A stretch of 64,000 nucleotides of DNA. It comes from Deferribacterales bacterium (GTDB lineage: Bacteria; Chrysiogenota; Deferribacteres; Deferribacterales; Geovibrionaceae). The stretch is taken from positions 160,001 through 224,000 of the forward strand of contig JBFWLW010000003.1 in the NCBI GenBank assembly GCA_050251945.1. The letters are read 5' to 3'. Shown piece by piece: positions 9,632 through 20,430 of the stretch. Both the position numbers and the translations under genes were made by a program. Each line of letters opens with the position of its first letter. The stretch's first letter is position 1. The notes beneath the pieces are model-generated. The model saw nothing but the letters and a program-made list of their open reading frames with translations. It did not search any database and was not told the origin of the DNA.

Positions 9632-10556
9632 GAGCCTCAACAACCTTGTCGGGCGAAAGTCTTTTCATACAGTCAAAATGTCCCTTCGGACAGGCTTCAA
9701 GCCCGTGAACGTCGCACGGGCGGCATTCAACGGAATTATCCTCAACAACTTTCACACCTGAAAACAGCGGAAAGAATCCGAATTCCCTTGTGGTTGACCC
9801 GAATATGCCCACAGTGGGTCTTTTAAGCGCCACTGCGGCGTGAAGAGGTCCCGAATCGGACGATATCACCGCTTCGCATGACGCTATAGTATCGAAAAAA
9901 TCTTTTATTTTCGATTTTCCGGTCTTGTCTACAATACCTTTAACATCGGGCGCTTTGCCCTCTCCCGCAAAAACGGGAGTATAACCGTCGGCAATCAGAA
10001 GCTCCGCAAGCTCCGCGGCATACGGGTAGGTCTTCGTGTATCTGCTGGCAAACGGATGCACAAGTATATGTTTTTCAACAGGTTTCGCGTCCGAAAACAG
10101 AACTGGGCGCAGTTCCTCAAGCTCCGGCACCGGGACGCCGAATGTATGCGCTACCGGCTCGAAATATTTCTGCACCACATGCAGACCAAGCCGCGGGTCG
10201 GGCTTTCCGGTCTTCACAAACCTGCGTCTGGCTGCGGAATCCTTTATGTATTTATGATAGTCCGCCTGCGCATGAAACTTTAAAAACATCGACAAAAGTT
10301 TGCCGTGCAGGTCGAATATATGGTCGTACTCTTCAGTCTCTTTCTGAATGAGACCGAAATAAGCCATGATGCCGTCTTTTTTTCCGTATTCCAGCACACG
10401 GTTGACAAACGGCAGCCCTTTGAAAACGTCGCCGAACGGCGCATATGTCAGCACGTCCGCCTCTGCATCGGGAAAAAGTTCTTTGAATTTCCGGATGACA
10501 CCCGTGGTCAGGATGATATCACCGAGGGAACTGAAACGGACGAACAGAACCTTCAT
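9618..10556 (-). CDS. Glycosyltransferase family 9 (LPS heptosyltransferase)
   Basis: RFSSLGDIIL N-terminus and DSGPLHAAVA motif. Confidence 0.92.
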   Translation of the reverse strand: MKVLFVRFSSLGDIILTTGVIRKFKELFPDAEADVLTYAPFGDVFKGLPFVNRVLEYGKKDGIMAYFGLIQKETEEYDHIFDLHGKLLSMFLKFHAQADYHKYIKDSAARRRFVKTGKPDPRLGLHVVQKYFEPVAHTFGVPVPELEELRPVLFSDAKPVEKHILVHPFASRYTKTYPYAAELAELLIADGYTPVFAGEGKAPDVKGIVDKTGKSKIKDFFDTIASCEAVISSDSGPLHAAVALKRPTVGIFGSTTREFGFFPLFSGVKVVEDNSVECRPCDVHGLEACPKGHFDCMKRLSPDKVVEALKSL

Positions 10557-11593
10557 CAGTCCGCCTTCACAGTTTCGTATTTTGGTTTCACAGGCTCCGC
10601 AACCTGCTCTTTCTCAAGGAGAGCAAGAACGTCCTGCGTGCTTATCTCAAGCATACAGCGGAAATGCTTTTTCGGGCATTTTCTGCTTCCGTGCAGCCCG
10701 CAGGGACGGCAGTTAAGACCTGCCACCTCAGCAACGCGGCTCACCTCGTCATATGGAGTGAATCCAAGTTCCTTTACAGTGGGTCCGAAGATGGCAATGC
10801 ATCGCACACCCGCCGCAACGGCAATATGCATGGGACCGGAATCGTTGGTCACCATAAACTCAAAATTTGCTATCAGCGAGGGAAGTTCTTTAAGGGAAGT
10901 TTTTCCGCACATGTTGATATGTTCGTATTTCGCCGCTTTCATAAGCTTTTCCGCGGCGGGAACATCGTCGGATGCTCCTATTATTACAGGGGTATAACCG
11001 TCTTCTTTCAATCTGTCGGCAACTTCTGCAAAACGCTCCGCAGGCCACATCTTTGTCGCCCATACGCTTCCGGGGGCTATTCCGATGAGGTTTTCGCCGA
11101 GTTCTGCAAATTCAGCCCTCTTCTCTTGGTCAATAACAACCTTGAGAGGGAATTTTGCAGGATATTCACCGAAAGCCGTTTCGTAAAGTGTCAGATTCCG
11201 CTGAACTTCGTGAAGATCCATATATCTTGCGCAGGACGAGGTCAGAAGCGCGGAAAAGGCGCTCTCAACAAATCCAACGCGCACGGGGATCTTCGCCAGC
11301 CACAGCGTCAGATTGGTACGGAATGATTTATGCGGCGTAAGCGCTATATCAAATCCACGCTGTTCAAGCTCCTTCGCAAAGCGGAAGATGCCTGAGAGAC
11401 CCGAATAGCTTTTGCGTTTGTCGAAGGGTATCACCTCAGATATTTCGTCAAGTCCATCGAAGATAGAAAGATATTCGGGACGCACGCAAAAAGATATCTG
11501 CGCTTCGGGATATTTTGCTTTAACTGCCTGTATCAGCGGCGTGGTAAGCACGCTATCGCCCAGAAAGGACGGATTGAATATTAATATTTTCAA
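10556..11593 (-). CDS. waaF: LPS heptosyltransferase II
   Basis: PSFLGDSVL, APGSVWATKMWP and NDSGPMHIAVA motifs. TTG start. Confidence 0.8.
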   Translation of the reverse strand: MKILIFNPSFLGDSVLTTPLIQAVKAKYPEAQISFCVRPEYLSIFDGLDEISEVIPFDKRKSYSGLSGIFRFAKELEQRGFDIALTPHKSFRTNLTLWLAKIPVRVGFVESAFSALLTSSCARYMDLHEVQRNLTLYETAFGEYPAKFPLKVVIDQEKRAEFAELGENLIGIAPGSVWATKMWPAERFAEVADRLKEDGYTPVIIGASDDVPAAEKLMKAAKYEHINMCGKTSLKELPSLIANFEFMVTNDSGPMHIAVAAGVRCIAIFGPTVKELGFTPYDEVSRVAEVAGLNCRPCGLHGSRKCPKKHFRCMLEISTQDVLALLEKEQVAEPVKPKYETVKAD

Positions 11594-11788
11594 GTCTGTT
11601 CACCTGATCGCATTGATATTTCAGAATATACAGACAGAGCCGGACGAAATCAATCTGTTTCGGAAAATGGTTTGACAACAAACTAAAGTGACTCGTTTTA
11701 TGCAGATAATATAGTGTTTTAATTTTTTTGCATCGAAACATGCTTCAAACTCTTGCGAAACAGGCTTTTGTCTGCTATCTTCTCTGAC

Positions 11789-12859
11789 ATGGAAGAACTT
11801 GACAAACTCAGACAGAACATAGACGACATAGACCGGAAGATTCTGGAGCTGCTCAACAACAGGGCGAAAGAGGCTATGCACATCGGCGAAATAAAAAAAG
11901 CCGCCGGACAGCCCCTTTACGTCCCTTCGCGTGAAAAAAAGATATTCGAGCGCCTCACGGGTCTTAACACAGGTCCGTTCCCAAACGACGCGCTGCGCTC
12001 GGTTTACCGCGAGATAATCTCCGCCTCCCTCTCACTGGAAGAGGTACAGAAGGTCGGTTATCTGGGTCCCGAAGGCACCTTTACAAACATGGCGGCGATA
12101 AAACAGTTCGGGCTTTCCGCAACTCTGATCCCCATAAGGAACATCCCCGAGGTTTTCGACAGCGTGGAGCGCGGACGCATGGCGTTCGGCATAGTGCCTG
12201 TGGAAAACTCCCTTGAAGGCATCGTAAACCACACGCTTGACACCTTCACCACCAGCAATCTGAAAATATGCGGCGAAATATACCTTGAGATAAGCCATAA
12301 CCTGATGAACAAGACGGGCAATTTCGGGGACATTCAGGTTATATACAGCCATTATCAGGCTATCGGTCAGTGCAGAAAATGGCTGGCGGCGAACTGCCCC
12401 GACATCCCTGTTCATGAGATAGATTCCACCGCCAAAGCGGCGGAGCTGGCGTCCAAAGACCATACAGTTGCCGCTATATCAAGTGAAATGGCACAGCTTA
12501 AGTACAGTCTGCGCGTGGTTGAAAAATCTATAGAGGACAACCCGAACAATTTCACCCGTTTCCTGCTTATCGGCAACTATGAACCCCTGCCTACAGGCAA
12601 CGACAAGACTTCCATAGTTTTTTCCGTAACACACAAAGCGGGTTCGCTTTATGAAGCGCTGTCCGTTCTTGCAAAAGCGAAAATAAACATGACGAAAATA
12701 GAATCCCGCCCGTCCCGCCAAAAGGCATGGGAATACGTCTTTTTTGTTGACGTGGAAGGGCATATAGCAGATAAAATATTAAAAACCGCACTCGACGGTC
12801 TCTGTGAACACACGGCATTTTTTAAAGTGCTCGGTTCATATCCTAAGGGGGAAAAATGA
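11789..12859 (+). CDS. pheA: Chorismate mutase / prephenate dehydratase (P-protein)
   Basis: Chorismate mutase helix LRQNIDDIDRKILELLNNR, YLGPEGTF, NFTRF and ACT-domain IESRP. Start placed at ATG 11789. Confidence 0.96.
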   Translation: MEELDKLRQNIDDIDRKILELLNNRAKEAMHIGEIKKAAGQPLYVPSREKKIFERLTGLNTGPFPNDALRSVYREIISASLSLEEVQKVGYLGPEGTFTNMAAIKQFGLSATLIPIRNIPEVFDSVERGRMAFGIVPVENSLEGIVNHTLDTFTTSNLKICGEIYLEISHNLMNKTGNFGDIQVIYSHYQAIGQCRKWLAANCPDIPVHEIDSTAKAAELASKDHTVAAISSEMAQLKYSLRVVEKSIEDNPNNFTRFLLIGNYEPLPTGNDKTSIVFSVTHKAGSLYEALSVLAKAKINMTKIESRPSRQKAWEYVFFVDVEGHIADKILKTALDGLCEHTAFFKVLGSYPKGEK

Positions 12860-13953
12860 CAGATTTCAAAAAACTCGCCGGAAAAGCAATTGCAGAAATA
12901 GCTCCCTACAAACCCGGCAAACCCGTTAAAGAACTTGAAAGAGAGCTTGGAATCAAGGAAGCGATAAAACTCGCATCGAACGAAAACCCTTTTGGTCCCT
13001 CGCCCAAAGTTAAAACGGCTCTTAAAAACTTCTTTCCCGAAATTTCACGATATCCGTACGGCGACGCGCACTACCTCCGCACGAAACTCGCATCTAAACT
13101 TGAAGTTCCCGCAGACATGCTCCTTTTCGGAACAGGTTCTAACGAGATAATCGAACTCTCAATCCGCACTTTTCTGAAAGACGGCGAGCATGTCATAAGC
13201 CCCGCACCCAGCTTCTCGGTTTACTCATCCATAGCTCAGGCGGCGGGCAAAACATGCAACTGGATACCTTGTAAAGAAGATTTCTCATTCGACTTCGACG
13301 CGCTTCTTGCCGCCATAAACGACAAGACACGCATGATATTCATAGCGAACCCCAACAACCCCACCGGCGCATACACAGCCGACAAAGAGATGCGCGCCTT
13401 CATGGAAAAAGTACCCTCCGACGTTATTGTGGTATTTGACGAGGCATACGTTGAGTTTGCTGATGCGAAAGATTTTCCCGACACAATGAAATATCTGGAC
13501 AAGTTCCACAACATATTCATCATGCGCACCTTTTCAAAAGCATATGGTCTCGCTGCGCTGCGCTGCGGGTATGTGATAGCCGACGCAATGGCTATCGACA
13601 TGATGAACCGCGTACGCCAGCCCTTTAACACCAACATGGCGGCACAGGTTGCGGCGGAAGCGGCTCTGGAAGATACCGCATATCTGGACAAAGTTATCAA
13701 AAAGAATAAAAAAGGCAGAAACTACCTCCAGAAAGAGTTCAAAAGACTCGGACTGCCCTTTGTCAAATCACAGTCCAACTTCATACTTGTGGAAGTGGGC
13801 GAAGGCGAAAAAGTATTCAACGACCTTCTGAAAAAAGGAATAATCGTCCGCTACCTCGGACCCTCTCTGGGTAAATACATCCGTGTTTCCGTGGGTACTA
13901 TGGAAGAGAACGAGGCGTTCATCGAACAGCTCGTTAAGGTTCTGGGCAAATGA
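12856..13953 (+). CDS. hisC: Histidinol-phosphate / aromatic aminotransferase
   Basis: KLASNENP, NPNNPTG, DEAY and RTFSKAYGLA (PLP lysine). Confidence 0.95.
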   Translation: MTDFKKLAGKAIAEIAPYKPGKPVKELERELGIKEAIKLASNENPFGPSPKVKTALKNFFPEISRYPYGDAHYLRTKLASKLEVPADMLLFGTGSNEIIELSIRTFLKDGEHVISPAPSFSVYSSIAQAAGKTCNWIPCKEDFSFDFDALLAAINDKTRMIFIANPNNPTGAYTADKEMRAFMEKVPSDVIVVFDEAYVEFADAKDFPDTMKYLDKFHNIFIMRTFSKAYGLAALRCGYVIADAMAIDMMNRVRQPFNTNMAAQVAAEAALEDTAYLDKVIKKNKKGRNYLQKEFKRLGLPFVKSQSNFILVEVGEGEKVFNDLLKKGIIVRYLGPSLGKYIRVSVGTMEENEAFIEQLVKVLGK

Positions 13954-14972
13954 TAATAGTATTTAAAAAAGATGCGGCAAAGGCTGACATCGAACATGTG
14001 CAGAAGAGGCTGGAGCAGTTCGGCTTTAAAACGAGCATGTCCGAAACAAACGGCAGGAACATCCTCGGCGCAATAGGCGACGAGAGTATTCTTCGCGAAA
14101 AACCCCTTTTTGCCATGCCGGGTGTTGAGAAGGTTGTTCCCATCTCAAAACCCTACAAACTGGTAAGCTCTGATTTCAAAAAGACAGAAACCGTTATCGA
14201 CATAAAAGGCGTTAAAATCGGCGGCGGAAACGTCGTCGTTATGGCGGGTCCCTGTTCTGTGGAAAACCGCGATATGCTCATGTATCTTGCAGAGCGCACA
14301 AGCAAGGCTGGCGCAAGAATACTGCGCGGCGGAGCTTTCAAACCCCGTACGTCCCCCTATGCCTTTCAGGGGCTTGGGGAAGAGGGGCTGAAATATCTCC
14401 GCGAAGCGGCAGACGCACACAACATGCTTGTAATAACAGAACTTATGGATCCCAGAGATATGGATCTCATCTGCAAATACACCGACATAATCCAGATAGG
14501 CGCTCGCAACATGCAGAATTTCCGTCTGCTGAAAGACCTCGGCGCAGTTAGAAAACCCGTTATGCTTAAACGCGGGCTGGCGGCAACCATGAAGGAACTT
14601 CTTATGGCGGCGGAATACGTTGCGGCGGGCGGAAACGACGATATCATCCTCTGCGAAAGGGGAATCCGCACCTTTGAAACGGAGACCAGAAACACACTCG
14701 ACCTTTCGGCAATACCTGTGCTGAAAAGCATGAGCCATCTGCCCGTTGTGGCAGACCCCAGCCATGGCACAGGGCGCAGGGACTGCATTCTGCCCATGTC
14801 ACAGGCGGCTGTTGCGGCAGGAGCCGACGGACTTATCGTCGAAGTGCATCAGTGCCCCGAAGAGGCTCTCAGCGACGGCGACCAGTCCATACTTCCCGAT
14901 GATTTCGACGTTCTCATGAAACGTCTTAACATAATCGCTGAAACCATAGGAAGAAAGCTGACTACTGCATGA
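13950..14972 (+). CDS. aroF: DAHP synthase (type I-beta with N-terminal regulatory domain)
   Basis: AGPCSVE, KPRTSPY, IGARNMQN and DPSH motifs. Confidence 0.95.
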   Translation: MIIVFKKDAAKADIEHVQKRLEQFGFKTSMSETNGRNILGAIGDESILREKPLFAMPGVEKVVPISKPYKLVSSDFKKTETVIDIKGVKIGGGNVVVMAGPCSVENRDMLMYLAERTSKAGARILRGGAFKPRTSPYAFQGLGEEGLKYLREAADAHNMLVITELMDPRDMDLICKYTDIIQIGARNMQNFRLLKDLGAVRKPVMLKRGLAATMKELLMAAEYVAAGGNDDIILCERGIRTFETETRNTLDLSAIPVLKSMSHLPVVADPSHGTGRRDCILPMSQAAVAAGADGLIVEVHQCPEEALSDGDQSILPDDFDVLMKRLNIIAETIGRKLTTA

Positions 14973-15796
14973 GTATCAAAACAATAGCTTTTGCGGGTCT
15001 GGGACTCATCGGCGGGTCACTGGCTCTTTCATTTGCCGAAAAGAATATCCGTCTCATCGCGTACGACAAAAACCCCGAAACGCTGGCAAATGCAGCACAA
15101 ACAGGGCTTTTCGAGTATGTTACCGATGATGCCGATACCCTTTTGTCTTTGGAATTCGACCTGCTTTATATCTGTCTGCCTGTTCGTTCGGCTGTTGAGT
15201 TTGTCAAATATCTCGGAGCCAAAGAATTCAAAAGACCGGTAACGGATGGCGGCAGTACGAAGACCGCGACTGTGGAAGCGGCGAAAACAGCAGGGCTTAA
15301 TTTCTGCGGCGGACACCCCATAGCAGGAAAAGAGGTTTCAGGCTTTTCAAACGCAATCTGCGGACTTTTCGGCGGAGCATATCACATACTCACCCCCATA
15401 GAGGGCGGACTTGATCCGGAGATACTGAAAAATCTACACGAATCCATCGGGATGCGCGTCTGTATCATGGATGCGCCGACCCACGACAGGGTTTTCGGGC
15501 TGATAAGCCATCTGCCCCATATATCGGCTTTCGCTCTGGTTCAGACGGTTTTTAAAACCGACAGCAACGCGCTCAACTATACGGGCGGAGGTTTTCGCGA
15601 TTTCACCCGCATAGCCGCAAGCGACCCCCGCATGTGGACGGATATCTTTATGGAAAATGACGAAAACATGCTTACGATGATAGACGAATATATCTCCTTT
15701 CTGAACGTGTGGAAGGAAGCAATAAACAATAAGGATGCCGATGCCGTTTACAAAATGATAGAAAAGGCGGCGGGCATCAGGAGAACCCTGAAATGA
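14969..15796 (+). CDS. tyrA: Prephenate/arogenate dehydrogenase
   Basis: GLGLIGGS, GGHPIAG, SHLPH and GFRDFTRIA motifs. Confidence 0.93.
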   Translation: MSIKTIAFAGLGLIGGSLALSFAEKNIRLIAYDKNPETLANAAQTGLFEYVTDDADTLLSLEFDLLYICLPVRSAVEFVKYLGAKEFKRPVTDGGSTKTATVEAAKTAGLNFCGGHPIAGKEVSGFSNAICGLFGGAYHILTPIEGGLDPEILKNLHESIGMRVCIMDAPTHDRVFGLISHLPHISAFALVQTVFKTDSNALNYTGGGFRDFTRIAASDPRMWTDIFMENDENMLTMIDEYISFLNVWKEAINNKDADAVYKMIEKAAGIRRTLK

Positions 15797-17073
15797 CCGT
15801 ATTCAAAAAGGTTAAAAGCTTAAAAGGCACCGTTCGCGTACCTTCCGATAAATCCATCAGCCACCGCTCGTTCATGTTCCTTTCCATGGCGAAAGGCAGG
15901 GGGCGCATAATCGACCCGCTCCTTTCGGCCGACACAAAGGCGACAATAGCGGCTATGCAGGCGATGGGCGTTACTTTTGAAGAAACGGTCAACGGCTTTA
16001 CCGTAACGTCTCAGGGCTATAAAAACTTTACGGAACCCGATAACGTTATAGACTGTATGAATTCAGGAACCACGGCAAGACTGCTCTCAGGCGTTTACGC
16101 GCCTTCGGGTAAATATATCGTCCTCACAGGCGACCATTCACTGCGCAAAAGACCCATGGACAGGGTTATCATCCCTCTTTCAAAGATGGGGGCAAACTTT
16201 GCCGCACGGGACAACGGAAGATGCCTTCCGCTCACCATCATGCCTTCAAAGATGCACGCTGCGGACATCATGGCGGAAACAAAAAGCGCACAGGTAAAGA
16301 GCGCTGTTCTTCTTGCCGGTGTTCAGGTGGACGGCACAACCACCTATACGGAAAAAGCGGTCACCAGAAACCACACGGAAATAATGCTCGCGGCACTCGG
16401 CGCAAAGATACGCACGGATGGACTTAAGATAACCGTTGAGGGCGGGACTGAACTCTCCTCAATAGACATCGTTGTCCCCGGCGACTTTTCATCGGCTGCG
16501 TTCTTTCTGGGCGCTGCGCTGATGTTTGAAAATTCGGAACTGATGATTGAGAACGTTGGACTGAACCCCACCAGAAGCGGCATGCTTAAGGTTCTGGACG
16601 AGATGGGCGTTAAATATACTATAGAAAACGAAAGGGGCGGCGCGGAAAAACTCGGCGATATAATCATCGCTTCACAGTCTTTCAGCGGATGTACCATTGA
16701 AGGGGATATAATCCCCAACATAATAGACGAACTGCCTATGCTGGCGGCACTGGGACTTTTTGCGGACAGCCCCGTGACCATACGCGGCGCGAAAGAACTC
16801 CGCGTTAAGGAGAGCGACCGTATCGCCGCAACACTTCACAACCTGAACGCGCTTGGCGCCGAAACGGAAGAGTATGAGGACGGCATGAAGGTCTATCCGC
16901 TTAAAAACCTTAATACCAAAGCCGCTCTGAAGTCTTTCGACGACCACAGGATAGCTATGACAGCCATAATGCTGGCAAAACGGTTCGGCGGAGAAATCAG
17001 TGTGGACAACGTGCAGTGTGTCGATGTATCATTCCCAACGTTTATGGAGACCTTTTCCGAACTGGAGGATTGA
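15793..17073 (+). CDS. aroA: EPSP synthase
   Basis: DKSISHR, SAQVKSA, LRVKESDR and DHRIAM motifs. Confidence 0.97.
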   Translation: MTVFKKVKSLKGTVRVPSDKSISHRSFMFLSMAKGRGRIIDPLLSADTKATIAAMQAMGVTFEETVNGFTVTSQGYKNFTEPDNVIDCMNSGTTARLLSGVYAPSGKYIVLTGDHSLRKRPMDRVIIPLSKMGANFAARDNGRCLPLTIMPSKMHAADIMAETKSAQVKSAVLLAGVQVDGTTTYTEKAVTRNHTEIMLAALGAKIRTDGLKITVEGGTELSSIDIVVPGDFSSAAFFLGAALMFENSELMIENVGLNPTRSGMLKVLDEMGVKYTIENERGGAEKLGDIIIASQSFSGCTIEGDIIPNIIDELPMLAALGLFADSPVTIRGAKELRVKESDRIAATLHNLNALGAETEEYEDGMKVYPLKNLNTKAALKSFDDHRIAMTAIMLAKRFGGEISVDNVQCVDVSFPTFMETFSELED

Positions 17074-17726
17074 TGAAAATAGCAGTGGACGGTCCCGCAG
17101 GAAGCGGCAAAAGCACCGTCAGCAAGGTTGTTGCAAAAAACTTAGGTATTACATATCTGGATTCCGGCGCGCTCTACAGAGCCTGCGCATACATAGGCAC
17201 TAAAACCGCCTCCGAAGGTCAGGCACTTGTCGACAGAGTAGCCCAAGCGGGGCTTGAGTTCGACACAGCGGGCAGACTTTTTCTCACCCTTAACGGCGAA
17301 ACAGAAGATATCTCAACTGTTATACGCACACCTGAAATAGCGTCGAAAGTCAGTGCCGTTGCCGCTATGGAGGATATCCGCAAACTGGTGACAGACAAAC
17401 TCAGGCTTATGGCTTCTAAGACATCCGTCATAATGGACGGACGCGACATAGGCACATGCGTATTCCCCGATGCGGAATATAAATTCTTCCTGGTGGCGAC
17501 ACCGCGCGAACGCGCAAGGCGGAGAATGAAAGATTTCGAGGCGATGGGGTTCGCAAAAACCATCGATGAAATTGAGGCAGATATAATTAAAAGGGATAAA
17601 CTGGATTCGGAAAGAGAACACGCACCGCTGAAAAAGGCGGAAGATGCCATGGAAATCGACACAACTGACTTGACAATAGAACAAGTTATATCAATAATAA
17701 CCGAGACGGCTTCAGAAAAAAGATAG
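17073..17726 (+). CDS. cmk: Cytidylate kinase
   Basis: IAVDGPAGSGKST and DGRDIGT motifs. The ATG at 17073 overlaps the aroA stop. Confidence 0.96.
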   Translation: MKIAVDGPAGSGKSTVSKVVAKNLGITYLDSGALYRACAYIGTKTASEGQALVDRVAQAGLEFDTAGRLFLTLNGETEDISTVIRTPEIASKVSAVAAMEDIRKLVTDKLRLMASKTSVIMDGRDIGTCVFPDAEYKFFLVATPRERARRRMKDFEAMGFAKTIDEIEADIIKRDKLDSEREHAPLKKAEDAMEIDTTDLTIEQVISIITETASEKR

Positions 17727-17800
17727 ATTGCCTCGTCATTTTTGTTCATCGCAACGACAACTATATGTCTCTGCGAGCCGATAATATCGGCGCGGCAGTC
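17725..17800. repeat. REP/REPIN-like imperfect palindrome (family copy 2)
   Basis: AGATTGCCTCGTC..TCGCAACGAC / GTCTCTGCGAG..GCGGCAGTC between cmk and ispH. Confidence 0.75.
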
Positions 17801-17827
17801 ATATCCTGAAATAACTTAACCGGAGTT

Positions 17828-18679
17828 TTGGTGGAAATTATCATAGCCGACCATGCCGGATTCTGTTTCGGTGTGGAAAGAGCCGTGGGTCTTGTTGAGG
17901 AGACATCCCGCGAACACACGGGGGTCTATACTTTAGGACCCATCATTCACAACCCGCAGATAGTCCGGAAATTTGCTGAACAGGGTGTCGGAGTTTGCGA
18001 AGACACCGAAAAGTTCAACAGCGAGAACACTGTTGTCATCCGCTCCCACGGCGTTCCCAAACAGATTTACGGACAACTGAACGAAAAGTCGGTCAATGTT
18101 GTTGACGCCACATGCCCTTTTGTCAAAAAAGCTCAGAATTCCGCACAAAAGCTCGGACAGGGCGGAGCAAGCGTGGTCGTCTACGGCGAAAATAACCACC
18201 CCGAAGTTAAAAGCATTGTCAGCTTTATAGATTCTGAATATTTCATCGTCTCAGGAGTGGACGAGGCAAAGGCTTTGCCTTTCCGCGAACAATACGCTCT
18301 GATAGCACAGACAACACAAAATTCGGAATCATTTGACAAAATTGCAGAAATACTTAAAACTAAATGCAGCGGTCTCACCGTAAGCAATACGATATGCAAC
18401 GCTACAAATCTCAGACAGGTTTCCGCCATCAGTCTCGCAGGACAGGTGGACGCAATGCTTGTCATCGGCGGAAAGAACAGCGGCAACACCCGCCGCCTTT
18501 TCGAGATATGCAAAGAGATATGCCAAAACACACTGCATATTGAGACCAAGGAAGAACTGAAGAAAGAAATGTTTACTAACTGCCGGAAGGTTGGCATAAC
18601 TGCAGGCGCCAGTACCCCCGGCTATCTGGTTGACGAAGTAATAGAATTTTTAAAAGAGGTCACTAATGAGCAGGATTAA
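17828..18679 (+). CDS. ispH: 4-hydroxy-3-methylbut-2-enyl diphosphate reductase
   Basis: AGFCFGVERA, IIHN, DATCPFV, TICNAT and TAGASTP motifs. Start is TTG 17828 or GTG 17831. Confidence 0.96.
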   Translation: MVEIIIADHAGFCFGVERAVGLVEETSREHTGVYTLGPIIHNPQIVRKFAEQGVGVCEDTEKFNSENTVVIRSHGVPKQIYGQLNEKSVNVVDATCPFVKKAQNSAQKLGQGGASVVVYGENNHPEVKSIVSFIDSEYFIVSGVDEAKALPFREQYALIAQTTQNSESFDKIAEILKTKCSGLTVSNTICNATNLRQVSAISLAGQVDAMLVIGGKNSGNTRRLFEICKEICQNTLHIETKEELKKEMFTNCRKVGITAGASTPGYLVDEVIEFLKEVTNEQD

Positions 18680-20369
18680 CGAAAACGGCGGCGACAACAT
18701 GCGTATGGAAGACTTTGAAGCGATGCTTGAGGAGTCTCTCCAGCAGCCTGAAAAAAACTCCGTCGTGAAAGGAACCGTAGCCCAGATAAACGACAGCGAC
18801 GTGCTGGTGAATATCGGGTACAAAACAGAGGGCATCGTCCCCAGCTCCGAATTTCTCAAAGACGGCAAGCTTTTAATTAATGTCGGCGATGAGATTGAGG
18901 TGCTTTTTCTCGGCGTTTCAGGCGGCGGCGGGTATCTTAAGCTGTCCAGAAAAGCTATCGAGAAAGAGACTGACTGGATAGACGTTGACAAAGCTCTGGA
19001 AAGCGGTGCTCCTTTGACTGTTAAAATCACTGCTGTTGTCGATAAAGGATTCCTCGGAAAATACAGCGAAATAGAATGTTTCATCCCCGAAAACCACATG
19101 GATTTCAAAAATTCCACCCTGAAACCCGAAGAATACATCGGTAAATCATTCGAGGTCAAAGTTCTGAAATCCAACAAAAAACAGCGTTCGTTCCTCGCTT
19201 CACGCAAGCTCTACATGATCCAGTCCATCGAAGCCGGAAAGAAAGAATTCTTTGAAGGCATCGAGGAAGGTCAGGTACTGAAAGGTAAAGTGAAGACCAT
19301 AAAACATTACGGCGCATTCATGAACTTCGGTTCAGTTGACGGTTTCCTGCGCAAAAACAACATCGCATGGGGCGTTGTAAAACACCCCAACCAGTATCTT
19401 GAAGAGGGCGACGAGCTCGAAGTCAAGGTTCTCAGCGTTGACCTCGAAAATGAGAAGCTTGAAGTCGGTCTGAAACAGATGGCAAGCGACCCGTGGGACA
19501 TGGCTGCGGATAAATACCCTGTCGGCACCGAAGTTCAAGGCATGGTAGTTGCAAGAAAAAATAAAGGCTTCGTGATGGAGATCGAACAGGGTGTTGACGG
19601 TTTCATCCCTCTGGAAGAAATCTCATGGCTCAGAAACGCTAAGATATCCATCGAACCTAAAGACGCAGTCATCGGACGCGTAACAGATATAGACAACGAA
19701 AAGAAAAAACTCGTGGTTTCTCTTAAAGCTCTTCAGGAAAATCCCTGGACATCACTTAAAAATAACCACCCCGAAGGCTCCGTTGTCGCAGGTACCATCA
19801 AATCAATCACTGACTTCGGTATCTTTGTCGATTTCGGCGAGTTTCTTGACGGCCTTATCCGTAAAAAAGACATCTCATGGACAGAAGAACCTCAGGATCT
19901 GCGCGCTCTTTACAACGAGGGCGACAGCATTGAGGCGAAAGTCCTTAAAATAGACCCCGAAAGAGAACGTATCAGCCTCGGTATCAAACAGATGGAAACT
20001 AACCCATGGAGAGAGATAGGCAAACTTCTCCCTCAGGGCAAAGTTGTCGAGGTCAAAGTCCTCTCCGTTCGCAAAGAAGGACTTGAGGTTGAACTTCCCA
20101 GAGAACTCGTGGGCTTCATCCCCGAAAATGAGCTTGATGTGGAAAGAATCGACCCCGCATCCAAGTTCAAAGTGGACGACGTTATCAAAGCCGTCGTTTT
20201 CAGAAACGATGCTAAAGAAAGAAACGTTCTTCTTTCTGTCCGCAGATTTATGCAGGATTCAGAGAAACGCGAAGTTAAAGAATATCTCAGAAAGCTTGAG
20301 CAGTCAGACGACAGCAGCTTCAGCCTTGGGAACATACTTAAAAGCAAACTGAGCGATCTCGAACAATAA
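18666..20369 (+). CDS. rpsA: 30S ribosomal protein S1
   Basis: Tandem S1 repeats (e.g. ITDFGIFV, RISLGIKQ..PW) in the cmk-ispH-rpsA context. Confidence 0.93.
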   Translation: MSRINENGGDNMRMEDFEAMLEESLQQPEKNSVVKGTVAQINDSDVLVNIGYKTEGIVPSSEFLKDGKLLINVGDEIEVLFLGVSGGGGYLKLSRKAIEKETDWIDVDKALESGAPLTVKITAVVDKGFLGKYSEIECFIPENHMDFKNSTLKPEEYIGKSFEVKVLKSNKKQRSFLASRKLYMIQSIEAGKKEFFEGIEEGQVLKGKVKTIKHYGAFMNFGSVDGFLRKNNIAWGVVKHPNQYLEEGDELEVKVLSVDLENEKLEVGLKQMASDPWDMAADKYPVGTEVQGMVVARKNKGFVMEIEQGVDGFIPLEEISWLRNAKISIEPKDAVIGRVTDIDNEKKKLVVSLKALQENPWTSLKNNHPEGSVVAGTIKSITDFGIFVDFGEFLDGLIRKKDISWTEEPQDLRALYNEGDSIEAKVLKIDPERERISLGIKQMETNPWREIGKLLPQGKVVEVKVLSVRKEGLEVELPRELVGFIPENELDVERIDPASKFKVDDVIKAVVFRNDAKERNVLLSVRRFMQDSEKREVKEYLRKLEQSDDSSFSLGNILKSKLSDLEQ

Positions 20370-20388
20370 ATAGAAATAAATACTAAGC

Positions 20389-20414
20389 GCCGCCCCGAAC
20401 GGGGCGGCTTTTTT
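20389..20414 (+). terminator. Rho-independent terminator after rpsA
   Basis: GCCGCCCC-GAAC-GGGGCGGC followed by TTTTTT. Confidence 0.9.
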
Positions 20415-20430
20415 CTCTCCGCGAGGTTAT

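Noticed and set aside
11594..11752. Intergenic gap between waaF and pheA as a possible attenuator or sRNA
   Set aside because: I found no Phe-rich leader peptide with an RBS and no convincing terminator hairpin. The pheA promoter appears to sit directly at its start codon.
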